From an uncultured Chloroflexia bacterium (GTDB lineage Bacteria; Chloroflexota; Dehalococcoidia; DSTF01; JACRBR01), in contig OY969567.1 of the NCBI GenBank assembly GCA_963701135.1, positions 2,113,847 through 2,177,846 of the forward strand: DNA of 64,000 nt, read 5' to 3'. The translations under genes were made by a program, and so were the position numbers. Shown here piece by piece: positions 60,681 to 64,000 of this stretch (position 1 is the first letter of the stretch; each line of letters opens with the position of its first letter). The notes under the pieces were generated by a model. That model was given only the letters and a program-made list of their open reading frames with translations. It was not told where the DNA came from and ran no database searches.

Positions 60681-61817
60681 ATGTCGACAAGAGCGAAGGT
60701 CGCCGTCCTGCGGACGAAGCCCGAGACGGCGATCGAGGACTATGAGCGGCTCATGCACCTGGCCGGCGTCAGGGAGTACCTCGACCCGTCGGCGACCACG
60801 ATCATCAAGGACAACATCTCCTGGCACTTCCCGTTCCCCGCGGCGAACACGACGCCGTGGCAGCTCGAGGGGTCCGTCGTCGGGCTGCGGAAGGCGGGGT
60901 ACGAGGACCTGGTCTGCGTGCAGAACAAGACCGTCGTCACCGACGCCTTCAAGGGCGAGGACGAGAACAAGTACCTGCCCGTCTTCAAGCAGCACGCCGT
61001 CCCGGTGAAGTTCAACTTCCGCGAGACGGACATGAAGTGGGAGATCTACCAGCCGAAACGCAAGATGCTCGTGCTCGACAAGATCTTCCCGGGCGGCATC
61101 AAGATCCCCGACTACTTCCACGGCAAGAACATCGTCCACCTGCCGACGATGAAGTGCCACATCTACACGACGACGACCGGCTCGATGAAGAACGCGTTCG
61201 GCGGCCTGCTCAGCACGAACCGGCACTACACGCACAGCCACATCCACGAGACGCTCGTCGACCTGCTGGCGATCCAGAAGGAGATTCACACGGGCATCTT
61301 CGCGATGATGGACGGCTCGACGGCCGGCAACGGCCCGGGGCCGCGCATCATGTACCCGACGACGAAGAACGTGATCCTCGCCTCCGGCGACCAGACGGCG
61401 ATCGACTCGGTCGCGACGAAGATGATGGGCTTCGACCCGATGACGGTCGGCTACATCCGCATCGCGCACGAGCAGGGGCTCGGCGTGGGCGACCCGAACG
61501 AGATCGAGATCGTGGGCGACACGGAGCTGGCGCAGGAGTCGTGGGGGTTCAAGGTCGGCGGCCACATCCACAGTTTCATGGGCTGGCTCGCGTGGTACGG
61601 GCCGACGCGCATCCTGCAGAAGCCGGTGCTGCACACGCCGCTGGTGAACGTCGCCAACCTGTTCAGCGAGGCGTTCCACGACTACTACCACTGGCCGCTC
61701 AAGGAGAAGAAGATCTACGAGCGCTGGCGCGCCGAGTCGCCGTGGGGCCACCTGTTCGCGAAGTACGATGCGGAGGGCGCGCAGGCGCCATCGACGGCGC
61801 CGGTGGCGACGACGTAG
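60681..61817 (+). CDS. DUF362-domain protein
   Basis: Intact 378-aa ORF with ..NIVHLPTMKCHIYTTTTGSMKNAFGGLL.., ..MDGSTAGNGPGPR.. and ..ILASGDQTAIDSVATKMMGFDP.., the typical DUF362 core. Confidence 0.8.
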   Translation: MSTRAKVAVLRTKPETAIEDYERLMHLAGVREYLDPSATTIIKDNISWHFPFPAANTTPWQLEGSVVGLRKAGYEDLVCVQNKTVVTDAFKGEDENKYLPVFKQHAVPVKFNFRETDMKWEIYQPKRKMLVLDKIFPGGIKIPDYFHGKNIVHLPTMKCHIYTTTTGSMKNAFGGLLSTNRHYTHSHIHETLVDLLAIQKEIHTGIFAMMDGSTAGNGPGPRIMYPTTKNVILASGDQTAIDSVATKMMGFDPMTVGYIRIAHEQGLGVGDPNEIEIVGDTELAQESWGFKVGGHIHSFMGWLAWYGPTRILQKPVLHTPLVNVANLFSEAFHDYYHWPLKEKKIYERWRAESPWGHLFAKYDAEGAQAPSTAPVATT

Positions 61818-61841
61818 CGGCGCTCCCATGGTTTGACGAGA

Positions 61842-61868
61842 GAGGCGGCCGCATTCCGGCCGCCTCTT
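61842..61868 (+). terminator. intrinsic terminator after the DUF362 gene
   Basis: gaggcggccg-cattc-cggccgcctc followed by ttctttat. Confidence 0.55.
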
Positions 61869-61880
61869 CTTTATGTCGAC

Positions 61881-62957
61881 TCAGCCGTGGCGGTGGCCGT
61901 CGCCTGCGTGCGCGCCTTCCGTCTCCTCGGCGACGGCGAACTGGCGGACGAAGCGGAAGAAGCCGCGGCCGACGCGGCGGTTGTGGCCGATGACGTCGCG
62001 GAACGGCACCGGGACGATCTCGAGGCCCTGGGCGGCGGTCATGACGCCGTGTTGATTCTCGTGCACCCAGTCGACGGCCGTGGCGCCCATGCGCGTGGCG
62101 AGCACGCGGTCGAACATCGACGGCGAGCCGCCGCGCTGCACGTGGCCGAGCACGGTGACGCGCGCCTCAACGCCCAGGCGCTCTTCGATCGCCTCGGCAA
62201 GCCGCATGCCGATGCCGCGCGTCGAGAGCCGCACGTGGCCGAACTGGTCGACCTCCGTGGTCGTCCCCGACTCGATGCCCTCCACCGTCGCGCCTTCCGA
62301 CACGACCACGATGCTGAAGCGGCGCAGGTCCATACGATGCTGCACGTGGTGGATGACGCGGCTCAACGAGTACGGGTCCTCCGGGATGATGATCAGGTCG
62401 GCGCCGCCGGCGATGCCGCCCGCCGTGGCGAGCCAGCCGGCGTCGCGGCCCATCACCTCGACGACCATGACGCGGCGGTGCGATTCGGCGGTCGTGTGCA
62501 GGCGGTCCAGCGCCTCGCCGACGACCTCGACGGCCGAGTCGAAGCCGATGCAGTAGTCGGTGTGCGGCACGTCGTTGTCGATGGTCTTCGGCACGCCGAC
62601 GACGGTGAAGCCGCGGTCGGAGAGCGCGGACGACACGCTGAGCGTGTCGTCGCCGCCGATCGTGATCAGCGCATCGATGTTGCGGCGGCGCAGGTTGAGC
62701 TCGACCTGCGCCATCTCGTCTTCGCTGCGCGCCGGGTTGGTGCGCGAAGAGCCGAGGATGGTGCCGCCGAGATGGAGGATGCCGGCGATCTCGTCGGACG
62801 TCAGCACCAGGGAGTTGCCCTCGCCCAAGAGGCCGGCCCAGCCTTCGCGGAAGCCGATTACCTCGTCACCGAGCATCCATGCCCGGTGGGCGATCGCCCG
62901 TATGGCCGCGTTCAGTCCGGGGCAGTCGCCGCCGCCCGTGAGCACTCCAATCCGCAT
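61881..62957 (-). CDS. pfkA: 6-phosphofructokinase
   Basis: MRIGVLTGGGDCPGLNAAIRAI.., ..ITIGGDDTLS.., ..VGVPKTIDND.. and ..MGRDAGWLA... I chose the start at the internal Met of ORF 61881..63035. Confidence 0.9.
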   Translation of the reverse strand: MRIGVLTGGGDCPGLNAAIRAIAHRAWMLGDEVIGFREGWAGLLGEGNSLVLTSDEIAGILHLGGTILGSSRTNPARSEDEMAQVELNLRRRNIDALITIGGDDTLSVSSALSDRGFTVVGVPKTIDNDVPHTDYCIGFDSAVEVVGEALDRLHTTAESHRRVMVVEVMGRDAGWLATAGGIAGGADLIIIPEDPYSLSRVIHHVQHRMDLRRFSIVVVSEGATVEGIESGTTTEVDQFGHVRLSTRGIGMRLAEAIEERLGVEARVTVLGHVQRGGSPSMFDRVLATRMGATAVDWVHENQHGVMTAAQGLEIVPVPFRDVIGHNRRVGRGFFRFVRQFAVAEETEGAHAGDGHRHG

Positions 62958-63080
62958 GGTTGCACCTCGCGTGATGTTCGGCTGCGAACGTCTACGGGAA
63001 GCATAGGTGATTCGGAGCGGGTTGTGGTCATCCAACCAGTTCGTTCGTAGTTTGTAGTGGGTAGTTTGTGGTTTACGGGC

Positions 63081-63915
63081 TCAGCCCACCGCGCCGGCGT
63101 AGGCGAGACGGATGCCGAGTGCGAGCAGGGCGACCGCGAGCAGCCGGACGATCGCAGGGCCCTTGAACTTCCGCGCGAGTTTGGCACCGACCTGGGCGCC
63201 GGGGATGACGCCGATCGCGAGCAGCAGGACGCGCACGAGGTTGTGGCCGGCCAGGTCGCCGTTGGCGAGGTGCACGGCGCTGCCCGACGCGGAGATGATC
63301 GCCAGCACGAAATGCGACGTCGCGACGGCGACGTGCACCGGGAAGCGCAACAGCGTGATCATGATGGGGACGTGCATGACGCCGCCGCCGATCCCCAGCA
63401 GGCTGGAGATGAAGCCGACCGCCGCGCTGTAGACGATGCCCTGCCAGACGTTGTAGGAGTAACGGAACGTCTCGCCCTCCTCCTCTCCCGGCATGACGCG
63501 CGTCACGACGCCCCATCCGCGCAGCGGCTGGCGGATCGATGCCGTCCGGCCGGCCGCCCACAGCGTGTACGCGGCGAGCGCGAGCAGCACGGCCCCGAAC
63601 ATCGCGTCGAACGCCTGCCGGGGCACCGCGCCGACGAGGAACGCGCCGGCGATCGAACCGGGCATCGCGGCGGCGGCGAAGATGAGCCCGGTCCGATAGT
63701 CGATGCGGCGCAGGCGCGCGTAGGCCGCGGAGCCGGAGGCGGCGTTGAAGAAGACGACGGCGAGCGAGATGGCCGTGAGGCTGGGCGGCGTCCTCGTCCG
63801 GGTAGAGCAGCAGCAGCACGGGCACGAGCACGAAGCCGCCGCCGGCGCCGACAAGCGTGCCGTACGCGCCGACGGCGAACCCGAGCGGGATCAGCAGCAG
63901 TTCAAGCCAGGACAA
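63081..63915 (-). CDS. TauE/SafE-family anion exporter, one frameshift near 63800
   Basis: The N-terminus MSWLELLLIPLGFAVGAYGTLVGAGGGFVLVPVLLLL.. lies in one frame. The remaining 257 aa (..LGIGGGVMHVPIMITLL..) lie in another. Confidence 0.75.
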
Positions 63916-64000
63916 TCGCTCCCCCTCTGCGCGCGATCGTACGGCGCGGCGATTGTTGGCGTAAGTCTAATTATGGCGGTGGGGGTTGGGGGGAGTTCAC

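Overview
This is a 64-kb window from a high-GC (about 70% by eye) bacterial chromosome, and most of it is core metabolism. It holds a caa3-type cytochrome c oxidase cluster with haem O/A synthases (ctaG, ctaF, ctaE, ctaD, ctaC, ctaB, ctaA; 1.4-8.6 kb, minus strand) next to an ABM-cupredoxin fusion. Next come a Zn-ADH, a poly-ferredoxin and glutamate dehydrogenase. A Bacillus-type pyrimidine operon follows (pyrR-pyrB-pyrC-carA-GNAT-membrane protein-carB-chrA-pyrK; 18.7-29.3 kb, minus strand) with a readable PyrR attenuator. After it are a DUF2156 protein, an MMPL transporter, a Fur-family regulator with a NiCoT permease, an OmpR/HisKA two-component pair, and an SRPBCC protein with an AIR-synthase-related protein. 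A ChlI/MoxR-like AAA+ ATPase and its vWA partner are split by a DUF433/PIN-like toxin-antitoxin pair. The rest comprises a di-iron desaturase-like protein, PlsC, two GYD genes, a tandem HD-GYP protein, CoA-transferase A/B, an M23 peptidase, DUF362, PfkA and TauE. There are also three secreted proteins with an LPXTG-like C-terminal sorting signal, one carrying about 1.9 kb of 78/84-bp Thr/Pro/Asp/Ala repeats. The stand-out accessory element is a lower-GC island of about 5.5 kb (11575-17080). It encodes a Dam-family m6A methyltransferase, a translationally coupled HerA/FtsK-like ATPase, and a NurA-like nuclease with a Zn-ribbon insert. I do not recognise this methylase + ATPase + nuclease triad as a described defence family, and it looks like a restriction-like module. 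Its nuclease gene has been decapitated by an IS3-family (IS407-group) insertion and also carries a +1 frameshift. One caveat applies throughout: many highly conserved genes (ctaC/D/E/A/B, gdh, carA/B, MMPL, NiCoT, fur, sensor kinase, response regulator, plsC and others) are interrupted by single-nucleotide indels in a patchy pattern. I interpret this as assembly or sequencing error rather than biology, and coordinates for such genes span the reconstructed reading frame. No rRNA, tRNA or CRISPR array was recognised.
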